A stretch of DNA of 48,141 bases, the filler included, from Sphacelaria rigidula (Eukaryota): the NCBI GenBank assembly GCA_964200075.2. It is 2 parts of 2 records of this genome, joined end to end, with 100 filler letters (N's around TTAATTAATTAA, not from the genome) between each part and the next. Parts side by side here need not be neighbours in the genome. Positions count along the whole stretch, not along the records: positions 1 to 24,022 come from CAXNAA020000231.1; 1 more part is not named here. One strand, given 5' to 3'. Of this stretch, positions 12,201-22,485 are shown piece by piece. The position numbers and the translations under genes are program-made. Under the pieces are notes generated by a model that saw nothing but the letters and a program-made list of their open reading frames with translations, had not been told where the DNA came from and did not search any database. Position 1 is the first letter of the stretch. Each line of letters begins with the position of its first letter.

Positions 12201-15200
12201 CGGGTCCCAGGCCGTTTTACCGGGAGTTATCCAGTCGCCGGATCTCAACCCCGTGCCCCTATTCGGCAAAGCGCCACCTGCCCCCGCTGTAGCTGCACTC
12301 GCTTCGAAGTTGTCTCCTCCATTGACCGCAAACAACGGATGGTTGCTTGCCCTCCGCTGAACGGCAGCGGCGCCTCGCTCAGACTCAGGCCTCCGTGTCA
12401 AAGATGATACTCGGGCATCGGCTGTCGCTGTTTCCACGGACATCGCCTCGGATAGTGAATCACCCTCAGTAAATGAGCCCAAGCTGGCAGCCGGTGACAA
12501 CCATCCAGGTGTGCTGCCACCGACAGCCCTCGTGGTGGATGTGGGAGTTGCCAGCGACGGCGTCATCATACCACGAGAGGCTCTGGGCGATGCCGAGGCA
12601 GGCCTTGTCATCCCTACGTCTGCCCCACGCTTCTCGGCAAGCCGTCGCGATCCTGCTGACAAGGAAGATGCCGACAACGGTTGAAGGGTAACTTCTCGCG
12701 GGGCCACATGCTTGCCAGGCCTGCTGACCGGCCCCGCGATAGAGGACACGGTTGTCGCATCCGCATCGGCGCTCGCACCCGAACCAGTGCCGCGACCGAT
12801 ACTGACTCCCGGTAGAACCTGCTCGACAGGGCCAAGGGGAGACGGACCCTCCGAAAGCAGCATGGACTCCAGGGCAGTATTTTCATCAACACCCCTTTCA
12901 TCGTGTGGGTTGCGAACGTCCTCTCCTCCCTCTTGAGGAGGTGTTGGCGTGCCGCCATCTGGTGCATTGCGAGCGGTTTCGGACATCGGCGTCGCTGCCA
13001 GTTGCGCCACACGGGGCGCGCTCTCCCTTTCCCTGGGCGGCTTTGCGTTAGCAGAGAGTACGCTCTCCGTACTATCAACCGATTTCTCACCACCTTCGGC
13101 GGCGGTCGAATCCGCCGCCGAGTTGAGGATCGCTTCACCACCGGCATTGCGGATCGACGTTCTTGAAACTTTATTGTGCTCATCATGCGCGGACGCGACT
13201 TCGGCGCTTTCCGGTAGCCCCACGCTGAGGGCTTGCCGCCCCGCCCAGGATGAAGGAGTCTCAATGTCATCTTCTTCATCTGATGCAACTTCGGCCACGT
13301 TTGACTGTTCTAAGCTCTCAGACTTGCGGTGCCCGGATTTCTGCCGCGGTGAAGCCGTCGCCCCTAGACCCTTCGCGAGTACGCTGGCAGCGATAGCAAC
13401 CGGGTCGTCCGAAGCTCCCTGTTTCGCACGAGCACCAGTGGCTGTACCGTCATCTTTTGGTGAAGGCGGATTCGCGTTGATCGACGCTGAAGCATCGTCT
13501 GCCGCGGACTGAGCAGGAGCAGGCTTACCTGACGTGGTGCCAAGGGTCCCGCCCGCTTTTGAGATCCCCCTCAGCTCTGATGTAGCTCCTCGCATCGCTG
13601 GCGACGCAATCTGCGTCGCATTTGCCGACCCCTTCCTGTCAGGCAGGGCAATCGGCGATGCGCGTTCTGGACGAGACCCCCCCTGCCCACCCCTGCTAAA
13701 TTCCTTCACGGGCTCATCTCCGTCGACCCGCTCTTGATTTGGTACTTTGAACGAAGGCGGGTCTACATCCATCGCGTTGTTCTCGCCGCTGCCATCACCA
13801 CGATGGCTTCTTTCGCCGGGCTCATTGCCGCCGGTACCGGCCATGGCTGTACCCCCCATCTGCATCGCCCCCCTCAATTCTGTGCCCCATGGTTCCGATT
13901 CGCCAAGCAACGCCCCCGTAAGCTGGCCCTCGTGCGGCACTTTACCGGGAACATCAGAACGGTTCGGGCTCGGCAAAGGCATTGCCCCAGTAGCATCGGA
14001 ATCATCCTCAAATCGTGCGGTATCCGATGCATCGTTTGCCGACAACGAACTGCTGCTAGCCACCCCTTGCAACACTCTCCCGTCCTTGACCTTTCCACCT
14101 ACGGCTACGTTTTCACCGACACTCATAGCTTCCGGGGCACAAGAGGAAGGAGACGCGCAGCCGTCACTATCATTGCGGTTTCTCGCCACGAGACAAGCAC
14201 CACGATGGTGCAGAGACGGAGGAGGCCGAATCGTCCTGGAGGTTAACGACCCTAGTGCCGCGAGTCCTCTCGGCACCGACGGCAACGTCGCCTCCTCTTC
14301 CTCCTCCGCCGCACTACTAGGCGGGGCACCCGAAGAAGCAGACTCAGAAGAAGCATCAGGAGTAACCGTTTCTCTTCTGGTCGCAGCCTGCTCAGAGGAA
14401 CGGTGGCCGTGGAAAGTAGTTGAGGACCCCGTCGTCCCACTCCACGTTGTCGCCGACTTTCCCGCACCTGTCTCTCCACCATCCTCTCGTTCGTTCACCG
14501 CCGCGTCCGGTCCATCAACGTCCATGCACGCACTCCGCTGCGGCGTCGACACCGCTGACCCGCTCTCTCCTTGCGCAACTCTTGTTGCTGACGTTGGAGA
14601 AATCGGCGCGTCCGCGGCGTCCAACGCCGATGACGATGGTGATGGCGGGGGTGATATTGGTTCCCGGTCCGAAGGCGTCTTGAACGCTACTCCGTCGCCT
14701 GCTGAAATAACCAAGACGGGATGAGTGGCTAAATGGAAAATCATAGAGAGAATACACGGTAAATTGTTCGGGTCGGCGGTACAATAGACACACTGAAAAA
14801 TGGTTTTGTATCTTGACAGATTGAAAAGAAACGGCATCAGAAAAAAGCGGAAAAAGAAACGGCACACACGAAGACGCCCAACCGCGGTTGAACTCTTCAC
14901 CTGCTACCCCTGCAGCACCTCTGTCCTCCTCCACAGCCATTCCATCACAGTGATCTCGACTTGCACCCTGGTGGCTTACAACACCATTGACCTCGCTAGC
15001 CTCACCAGCTTCGCTCGGATTACGACGGCTAATCACCGACAACGATAACCGTTCATCCTCACGAGCATGATGGATGTCGAATTCTTCCAGCGATACCCTC
15101 CCCCGCCGCGGCGGCTGTCCGTCGGGTTTCAGCACTGGTTCCGAAATCCGCTCGCCACAGGTACTACTATAATGACTACCTCCGCCGCCACCAGCCTCGG

Positions 15201-18200
15201 TTTTGCCGTTTCTGCTTTGCCAGCTGGCGGAAATCTCCCCCGGACTTGGCATCGAAGGACTGTCGTGGTCTCTCGGCCGTGGCGACACCACTGCCTCTCG
15301 GGCGGAAGCAGGTGCCAGAGCAGCAGAGGACTTAGGCCGAGTTAATCTTGGCGATGCTGCTGCTCTGGAGTTTATTACCGCTGCCAGTGGGGTGCCGCCG
15401 TCGTCGCTATCGATGTCTTGGTTGTTGGGAGGCGTTCTTAGCATGCCTGATCCTCACGAAACAGCGGGGGCGGGCAGTGTGTGGAGAGGGCGGGGGTACG
15501 GCAGTGAAGCATTAGCACATGAAGTGTACTTTGAACTCCCTCGACTCCGATAAGGGTACACACGGCACACGTGTCAAGAGCACAGTTTTTGAAAGGTGTG
15601 ATATTCAAATATCAAATCGGTTCCAGGAGTAAATTGCGGTGTATTCAGATGCGAATTTACGTGTACGAGTGTAACATGCGCACGCTACGTGAATACTGCA
15701 GATGAACACTTCAAAACGTAGTTGAACGGCCGACAGTTTTGTTGTCCGAAATTGAGTTGCAATACTGACAAGCGAGGCGTGAGCGGTGAATTTTCGCATA
15801 CGTCCTTGAGATATTTTTCACTATTTTCCTTGTTCAGATATACTCTGAGGCTGAACCACTGGTGGATGCCGCATCTCTTGTTTCCCGTTCAATTTTTGTA
15901 CTTCAAAATAAAGGTCGACAACACGTGACCCCCATCCACGAGACAAACGGACGTGGCGGGACGGTACCGCACAAAAGAACCGCGTGCTCATTTACTTGAA
16001 TACAGTGTACACGCTCCTACATGTAGACACATTTTTTCCCGTTCCAGCCGAAAAATTGAGTCAAGCTTCCACGACAGCAAGTGGGCGCAGAGACGTGGGG
16101 AAAGTGTGCTACTGCCTGTACCGTACATGTCCAAACGCCAGTAGTATGCCCCAACCCGCGCGACGCGCAGCACAAGCGGTCGTCTAAAAAGATAGTTTTA
16201 AAAATATATCACCGCAGTACGGAAGCGGTTAGCCCGTTACCCGTTACGGGAGAACGTACATGTGGCCGCTGGGAAGACACCGCCAGACCCTCTCGTGTCG
16301 GTTTGGCGTGTGGTACTGCCACCGCTGCCCTAGATAGAATGGCACCAAAAAAGCTGCGCCAAAAGAGCGCGCACACCAACCTCAGTGACCCATGGGTCAC
16401 ACTATACCGACTTCGGAGAGATCATGCAGCGGTGCTGGCGACACCGGGGGCAATAACCCATATGAGCCTCCAACTGACAAAACCAGTGGGGCGGGGGGGG
16501 GGCATGTATGTGTGGTGGCATTTTATTTTTGAAAACACAGTATTTTTGTAGGACGGTCTCTTCGGCAAAATAAAACAGGCCATGGCGTGCGACTGTTCGT
16601 CTTCACTCAAATCACGTATACATACTCGAAAAACTCAGAAAGTCAAAAACTCAAAACTCAAAAAAAAAACTCCCAGGGTAGGCGCACACCCTCAAACACG
16701 GAGAGGCAAAGAATTGCTTCTGCGTGAATCACACGAATACACACCAACAAAAATCGAAAAACGACACAACGCCCACCTACCCCAACACACACCGACAATA
16801 GCACAAGGCTCACACACACGTAAAACGAAGTCCCCCAACAACATATGCACGTCTATTCCTTACCGACGTTTAGGAGAACAGGAACTCAAAAACACATAAC
16901 ACTCAAAATTAGAGCCTATTCTTAATTTCACTATACCGCGTGCGTTATTGCGAACTGCCAGACCCTCCCCTGTGCCTGGCTGCTTCGCAACTGGTCGGTC
17001 AGTCGACGAAGTAGCAGGCACCACCGCCGCGCCGACACGCGCAGGCAACTCCCCGTCGCCATCAAGAGCATGCTGGTAACGCTCCATTTTCTCTGAAGGT
17101 CGTTGGCCTTCTTCCTCATGTGAGGCTACAGCGGCGCCATCGTGGTCTATCTCCATATGCCACCCGCCGCCTGTTTCCCCCCCCCCCCGGCGGCGTGCAA
17201 GTGCGACTCACCGCTCGGGGGCCCTTTTTCTTTTCGTCTGTTGTGTTTTGAAAAGTCAACGGGTGTCGCAAACCCCTGTTTGTCCCGATTGACCAGGAGT
17301 ACAAAAGACAGGCGAAGTATTTGAAGTCTGATGTAGAAGGGCGATTCGCACCCTAACCTCGCTACTGAACTATAGCTACAGGACTCGTGATGACTGTCTG
17401 TTGTTCGCCGCACCCTCACTACTTTTCAATTTTAGTGGAGCCCACTTTTTGCCGGTGAGCAAGGAAAAATATATACAGTACTATGGTCATCATGTTTTTA
17501 GACTAGCTTAAAAATTGTCATGTTCTATATAGCACACTGTACTGTACATCGAGCTGCTACTGAGGCAATAGCTTTGCCGAGGAGGGGTGTGACCTACTGC
17601 CGCACCAGGGAAATGGCATTCACAGTAAAATCATGGACATTTATCGTCTGTACAGTGTTGAATCTAACAGTTCCACTGACTGATGGCTTCCTGCGCAGGC
17701 CTGCTGCCGGGTGGATCAAAAGTCCACTGATGATCCAACGAAGAACCCAGGAACAGGGTTTCAAAGCCTGGGGGGCATCTCCCGTCCTTCGGTGCGTATA
17801 TCAGCTAAGCTGTGTTTTGGTGGGTGTTGCGAGGCTTCATGCTGAGTGCGCCATATGTATGTGTACGTATCTATGTGTGCGCGTGTGCGCAGCACGTCTT
17901 GATTCAGTGTTGTAGCAGTAAATAGCTCGCCCTTTGTGCGTAAAGAGACGGCGTACTTGTGTCGCATACGACGGGAGCATCTGCAGCATGTTGGTGCGGT
18001 CCGCCGCGGGGGGTACAGACTGTAGTACCTCAGCCAGGGTACGATACTAGAGTACAGTATGTACACCCACTCACCCTGTTGCAGCGTACAACCTCTTATT
18101 GTCGCTTGCGGTGTTTGTACCCATGACGTCACGAACGCTTTCTCGGTGATCTTCGGCACACCGCGCATGGCCATAGCGGGTAATCGGTAGTTATGACTTC

Positions 18201-18579
18201 ATGATAGCCGGCGGTGGGTGAGGCGCTTTCCACGTACAGAGAGACAGTACATGCCATACACTGTGTAGTTCGCTCCTGACCGTGTTGGGGTTGTCACTAC
18301 CTTAGCCTTTCATGGTGACAAGGGCGTTGGGATTGCATGCGAAGACACGCGCTGTGGTGTAATGCAACAGTACTCTATACCCGTACAGGTCTCTATATAT
18401 GTCGATACGATGAAGAAACATCAACACTCCGTTTGCACAACGATAAGGATGGAACGTGCGTGAAACGTGCACCTTCGCTTAGTTCCTCGTTTGCTCAGCG
18501 AACTTGACTGTTTTTTGCGCTGGAGAACCTGGGCTTCGGAAGCCGGTAGTGCGCGATGCCTCGAGTGCTTACTTTGTAT
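719..18579 (-). CDS. Gene A (multi-exon span): large DDT/WHIM1/PHD-finger chromatin protein, PTM/DDP- or BPTF-like ISWI partner; 5' and 3' ends uncertain
   Basis: Hand-spliced exons 18473-18579, 16937-17237, 14901-15446, 11823-14698, 11041-11418, 10308-10550, 7971-10043, 6972-7158, 5996-6174, 2500-5496, 719-1906. All introns are GT-AG with matching phases except one frame problem at 17171-17211. Motifs are restored across junctions: ELDWRCLDQ|VTWPAYFVEL and EYHLLPLDIKVQALEYLVDLAME|CPWFEKEIE. Confidence 0.88.
2500..5496 (-). CDS. Gene A exon: PHD finger (5287-5409), RG repeats, AT-hook, acidic and Ala-Glu-Lys-rich regions, C-terminal Trp-containing helical motif
   Basis: CIIC...CCDNCPRAYHTKC...WSCWEC is a C4HC3 PHD. 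Acceptor tcacag|TGT, donor GAG|GTGAGT; 2997 nt, phase 0/0. Confidence 0.93.
5996..6174 (-). CDS. Gene A exon: WHIM1 motif
   Basis: GEYHLLPLDIKVQALEYLVDLAME; acceptor accgcag|AT (phase 1), donor GAG|GTGCGT. Confidence 0.85.
6331..6629 (-). mobile_element. tRNA-derived SINE, family A, copy 1 (intron of gene A)
   Basis: Head GCCCCGGTGGTGTAATGGTCC (A box), GGTTCGATTAC (B box-like); about 300-bp body similar to 20222 and 44321; A-rich tail. Confidence 0.85.
6972..7158 (-). CDS. Gene A exon: VTWPAY motif following the DDT domain, plus acidic linker
   Basis: Acceptor tttgttccctag|GTC ACC TGG CCT; the donor is either 6972 or 6978 (both phase 1). Confidence 0.85.
7971..10043 (-). CDS. Gene A exon: poly-Asp tract, AEK-rich helix and DDT domain (about 8056-8215)
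   Basis: ALGAYALIRTFSRPFRLAPCTSVAFLRAMTLQLRNPLLDAVHCELLKRV fits the DDT pattern. Acceptor ttttcaacag|CCC, donor CAG|GTAAAA. Confidence 0.9.
10308..10550 (-). CDS. Gene A exon (disordered)
   Basis: atgcag|GGA ... CAG|GTATAG; 243 nt, phase 0/0. Confidence 0.75.
11041..11418 (-). CDS. Gene A exon (Pro/Ser/Ala-rich)
   Basis: ccttgcag|ACA ... CAG|GTGAGC; 378 nt, phase 0/0. Confidence 0.8.
11823..14698 (-). CDS. Gene A exon (about 958 aa Ser/Ala/Gly/Pro-rich, probably disordered)
   Basis: Core of ORF 11592-14900; NAGNAG acceptor tttcagcag (14698 or 14701, phase 1); donor AAG|GTAAGC. Confidence 0.85.
14901..15446 (-). CDS. Gene A exon (disordered)
   Basis: atcag|GC ATG ... GCA G|GTGAAG; phase 1/1, matching both neighbours. 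Confidence 0.8.
16937..17237 (-). CDS. Gene A exon; contains a frame break or 41-nt micro-intron, or the gene starts at ATG 17156
   Basis: Donor CGC G|GTATAG (phase 1); ORF MEIDHDG...NNAR; upstream acceptor acaacag at 17238. Confidence 0.65.
18473..18579 (-). CDS. Gene A candidate upstream exon (IQSKHSRHRALP...GTKRR)
   Basis: atacag|ATA ... CGA AG|GTGCAC; phase 2 joins the RRKEKGPPSG frame of the next exon. Confidence 0.45.
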
Positions 18580-19780
18580 CTGTATTATTATACAGGCGGG
18601 TGCAGAACTCTCTCTAGCTTGCCTCACGTTATAAGTGGCGACGGTATTGCGTACGACTGTTGCTTTCCAGCAAGTTTCGCGAAATAATATCATGGTTGAA
18701 ACAGTGCGGAATGGACGAAAGCCCTGACCCTACCCCAATCCTAATCCCACATAGATCAAGAATCCCCCGGCGCGGCGGGGTACATAGGATGCAGCAGGCA
18801 AATCTCAATCGACAGGCGCCGATATACGTGAAAACGTGTGCTGTCTACCGCCTTCAAGTGCTTGGGATTGTCCGTCTCCAACCTGAAGATTTGGAACTTA
18901 CCGTCCAGGCTAAGTCCAAGTGGAAAAAAAAACGACGACGAACTACAGTAGCGTAGTACCGTACTGATACCGACCGTCCACCAACCGAAGCAAGAAAGGT
19001 GCTGCAGCTTTGACGGGCTACGTGCTGCACCCACATGGGCAAGCAGGATAGAGCACGCATCGGCAGCAGACAGTTTGTCCTGGCTCTATTGTAGGATGAC
19101 ACATCAGTTTAATAGATTGATTGTCGCACATGAAACTCAGTACACAGTGCAGTGTACGCGAGCAATATATATGGTGGTAGCGCGTATACTGGATCGTTTA
19201 ATGACATGTGTCGTCGGCAGCGACATCGGGCAACAACCGAGGTTGAGTTTGAAGAAAGTAGAGTTTACGTTCGCGGATTGGATTACGAATGGTCATCACA
19301 CCACACAAACATCATCACGGAGAAGAATATTCAACCAGAAGAGAGATATCCGTGATCATGGTTGACGTAAGAGTTCTCGCGATTGCGGGTCAATTGAGAT
19401 CGTCACACGACGGAGCAACAATTTGGTTGAAGTACATCGAAATAATCAAGAGTGACACGACCGCAGAAAGAATTCTGAAAAATTGAATATTGTGGAATGG
19501 TTGAAATTGAAATACATGATGGTCGGTACGTTTGAAAGATTACACATCGACCAGTCTATATCAACGACCAATTGTTGCATTATATGATAGCATGAGAAAT
19601 AGGTACACTACGTACGTACTTTTTACGTGTTCCATCCATCTGCTGGATGGCTCGAATAATCTGCTGTCCTTGAGATACAGTTTGGACGTTTGACCGCCAG
19701 GGAGGGTCATCTGGGTCTTGAACTTATTTTGCAAGTGGAAATGATGCCGATTCAAAATATGGCCCACTCTAGCAGCCGAA

Positions 19781-19916
19781 GGGTCAAGTTAGGGTTAACC
19801 CGTTGACCGGGGGGGTAGGTCATCTGGCCATGCAGTAATTTTTGAAGTGAAATTGATGCTGATTCAACAGATGACCTATCCTCGCGGTCAAAGGCTTAAC
19901 CCGTAGCCTGCGACCC
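19781..19916. repeat. Imperfect inverted repeat (foldback; MITE-like or hairpin-RNA-like)
   Basis: Left arm 19781-19826 gggtcaagttagggttaacccgttgaccgggggggtaggtcatctg pairs with right arm 19868-19916 (reverse complement gggtcgcaggctacgggttaagcctttgaccgcgaggataggtcatctg). Confidence 0.85.
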
Positions 19917-20221
19917 GCCCCAAGTCGCCTCAGAACACTTAATGGCACACGTTGGGACGGCAAAGTTTTTTTCTTAATAGACAACGCGCTTTTTTCATGA
20001 ACACATGGATGTCCACGTTGAGCACCTGTACAGTAGGTAGGGAGCCCCTGACCGTTTTTGAGTCAAAAGTCAAGTGCATGTACAGACAAGAGTAAGAGCA
20101 TGTACGGATCTTCGCTGATCCGTTGTCGCTGGGTACAAGCTTTCATGCTTTGCAAGTGGTACATGCAGGCAGCCGCTAGAGTACTGCTGCCATGTACGAA
20201 AGCAAAAAACATGCGTGCAGG

Positions 20222-20505
20222 GCCCCGGTGGTGTAATGGTCCGACTGTCGCCATTAGGGTGGAGAGGACAAGGGTTCGATTCCCGATGTGTTGGCTTTCA
20301 TATTCGTAGTATGTGAGTAAACACAGTAGTAGTCGACTGGATTTGGTTGACGTGAGGTGACGCGGTGCGGGAGTGCTAGTCATGATCGAATCCGCGAGAC
20401 CAAAATCCAAGGCGTGTACCGGGGGAGAGATGGGTTGATTCCACGGGACCACGGTCTCACCCCGAGGAAGGGGAGGGGTTCAAAGGGCCACAAATAAAAA
20501 AATAA
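20222..20505 (+). mobile_element. tRNA-derived SINE, family A, copy 2 (internal deletion of about 25-30 bp)
   Basis: A box TGGTGTAATGG, B box GGTTCGATTCC; shared body blocks gcggtgcgggagtgct, aatccgcgagaccaaaat, aggggaggggttca; A-rich tail. Confidence 0.87.
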
Positions 20506-21377
20506 TGATTAAAAAAAGGGAAGGCATACTCCCGATTATCAATACGTTTTTCATCGTCTTCTATTTTCGAGGCAGTGCAGTGCCTGGGCACCTCGACCGT
20601 ATTTGATCGTGCACGTACGTGACGTCATTTCAACTCTACTTGCGGTATTCTTCTGCTGTCGGTCTTGTCCGTGCACTTTATGTACCCTATCATGCGAAAA
20701 AACGTTTTTTTTTTTATAATCGACTGGAACCAATAATATATAGCTCACAGCTACACGTCAATATCCTACTCGGGGATGTCAAGGGCTTCCGTGCCAAGCT
20801 GCTACAAAAAGTATATCGGGCCTCGTGGAGGGTCACTTCGGAACTTAAACGATTTATTCATCGATTGACCGCGTCTCACTCTCAATCGTATCCTCTACTC
20901 TCAACAATCTCACGAAAACACTGTTTTATGTAGACGGGCACAATAACCAAAGTGACCAGGCAGAACGATCAACATTGTCACTCCCCACCCTCTTCGGGCT
21001 TCCCTTTCGGCTTGGAACTTTCTCTCGGAAACCGCCAAACATGCACGGTTGACTTTGTAAGCTTTTCGGTTGACTTTGAACAGGCACCTAACAACCCCAC
21101 CCTCGAAACCACCCCCCTCGCCCGCTGGAAACCCCCCTCGACTGTCAGCCGGCGAAACTGTTCCAAGGCGTGGCTCGCAGCCTAAGGGTCAACCCTGGCA
21201 ACACCCAGTCGTGTACGTGGCCGTTAATTGGCCTGGTTATTTGGGGGGGGGAATAGTTCTTCGGGTAAAGGACACAACGCCTTCATAGAAACGGAGGTCT
21301 GGAATCTGGAGTTTGGGCCCACCGGGCCGGTGGTACGCATGTATCCATGTCATGTTCGATACAGTATAGAACAGAGC

Positions 21378-21742
21378 GTTGTGTGCAGTGTTGTTATCCA
21401 ATCTATTCCAGGCGTCAGTCTAGACCTTTCGGTATAATGAGCGCATCAGCCGGGGTGACACAGGAGTAAGACCAACACAGAAGTTTTTTGTTATTTATGC
21501 TGATGTAGTACTCCACCTTCCTTCTGCGGTGCTTGCCTTATTTTTCATCGCGAGAGGGGTTCGCTCCCCCTTTCCCTGGTCGACTGTGACGTCGAATTTT
21601 GTGTGCCCACGACATGGTAGCTCTCCGCTGTTAGGCATGACGTGAAAAAAAAAAAATCCCACATTGTGTGACTTCGCCGAGATTCGAACCCAGAACCAAA
21701 ACCGTCAGGAGGTTTCGAGGTTACCAACTGAACCACCGGGGC
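21378..21742 (-). mobile_element. tRNA-derived SINE, family B, copy 1
   Basis: Head GCCCCGGTGGTTCAGTTGGTAA, B box GGTTCGAATCT; body collinear with 34279-34650 (caccgcagaaggaaggtggagt, gaatagattggat); CAA-rich tail. Confidence 0.85.
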
Positions 21743-22412
21743 GACCGGCTTACGGAGCACAGTATATTATTGAACATTATCGGAGCCCATTTATTTTATG
21801 TCGGCCACGTTCGTGCGCATAAATATCTTGTTGACTAAAATCATTTCGAAAACTCTTTTATGTGCCCTGGGCGTGGCTCCGCACGAGCTGCCCGGGAGCT
21901 GTGAGAGGGAAAAGGTACAGTATCCGGAACTGTCCAGTTTTGAGATGCTCAACTCTCACAAGATTTACACTAGCACGAAATAATGCAGGTTTCCGACGCT
22001 CTCTGTCGACCATACAAATCAAGGTTTTCGTGAGATGATAATAACAGACGAAACAGGGAAAGACAGGTGACACAAGGAGATTAGTATGGCCACCACGTTC
22101 AGGTTCAACTCAAGAACAAAAAAAAACAATCCCATGGGGGTTTGTAAATCGTCGCTTTTCCACCAACGGTTCCAAAAGGGTTGAAGAGAAGAGGCTTGTA
22201 GGGGTAACCTTTTTCCCCGGCTCGCAGTGAGGATGTACACCATTTCTGGTATATCTTCAGTGTGTGTTGGGTACCCAAGCGGACAATCAATCTCCACAGA
22301 GGACTTTGCCGCGAGTCTGTGAACTCTGCTTCGAAGTCACCCACCAGTTATTTGTCTAGTCCCCCACCATTTTTACGACTCTCTTGTCCCCGCTCAACCT
22401 CTGCGTCGCTAT

Positions 22413-22485
22413 TGGTGGGGACCGAGATTCGAACCCGGGACCTTCTCTTCATGAAGCGCACGAGTTACCTCACTTGTGTCGCCAA
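22413..22485 (-). pseudogene. Degenerate tRNA-like sequence (pseudo-tRNA or SINE head)
   Basis: T-arm CCGGG-TTCGAAT-CTCGG followed by TCCCCACCA; D and anticodon arms not convincing. Confidence 0.4.

Noticed and set aside
575-15553. Long plus-strand ORFs (e.g. 4094-5575, 13747-14724, 2354-3007)
   Set aside because: Antisense shadows of GC-rich, low-complexity exons of gene A; no independent motifs or splice logic.
18721-18750. Degenerate telomere-like (CCCTAA) runs here and at about 25857-25875
   Set aside because: Only 3-4 imperfect units; not a telomere or supportable interstitial array.
20222-20295. SINE heads as functional tRNA genes
   Set aside because: No proper cloverleaf or acceptor stem, and they continue into a shared ~250-bp non-tRNA body in several copies.
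22019-22344. Short minus-strand ORFs (GDFEAEFTDSRQSPLWRL...) as a separate gene
   Set aside because: No recognisable domain, an in-frame stop just upstream, and no consistent splice sites.
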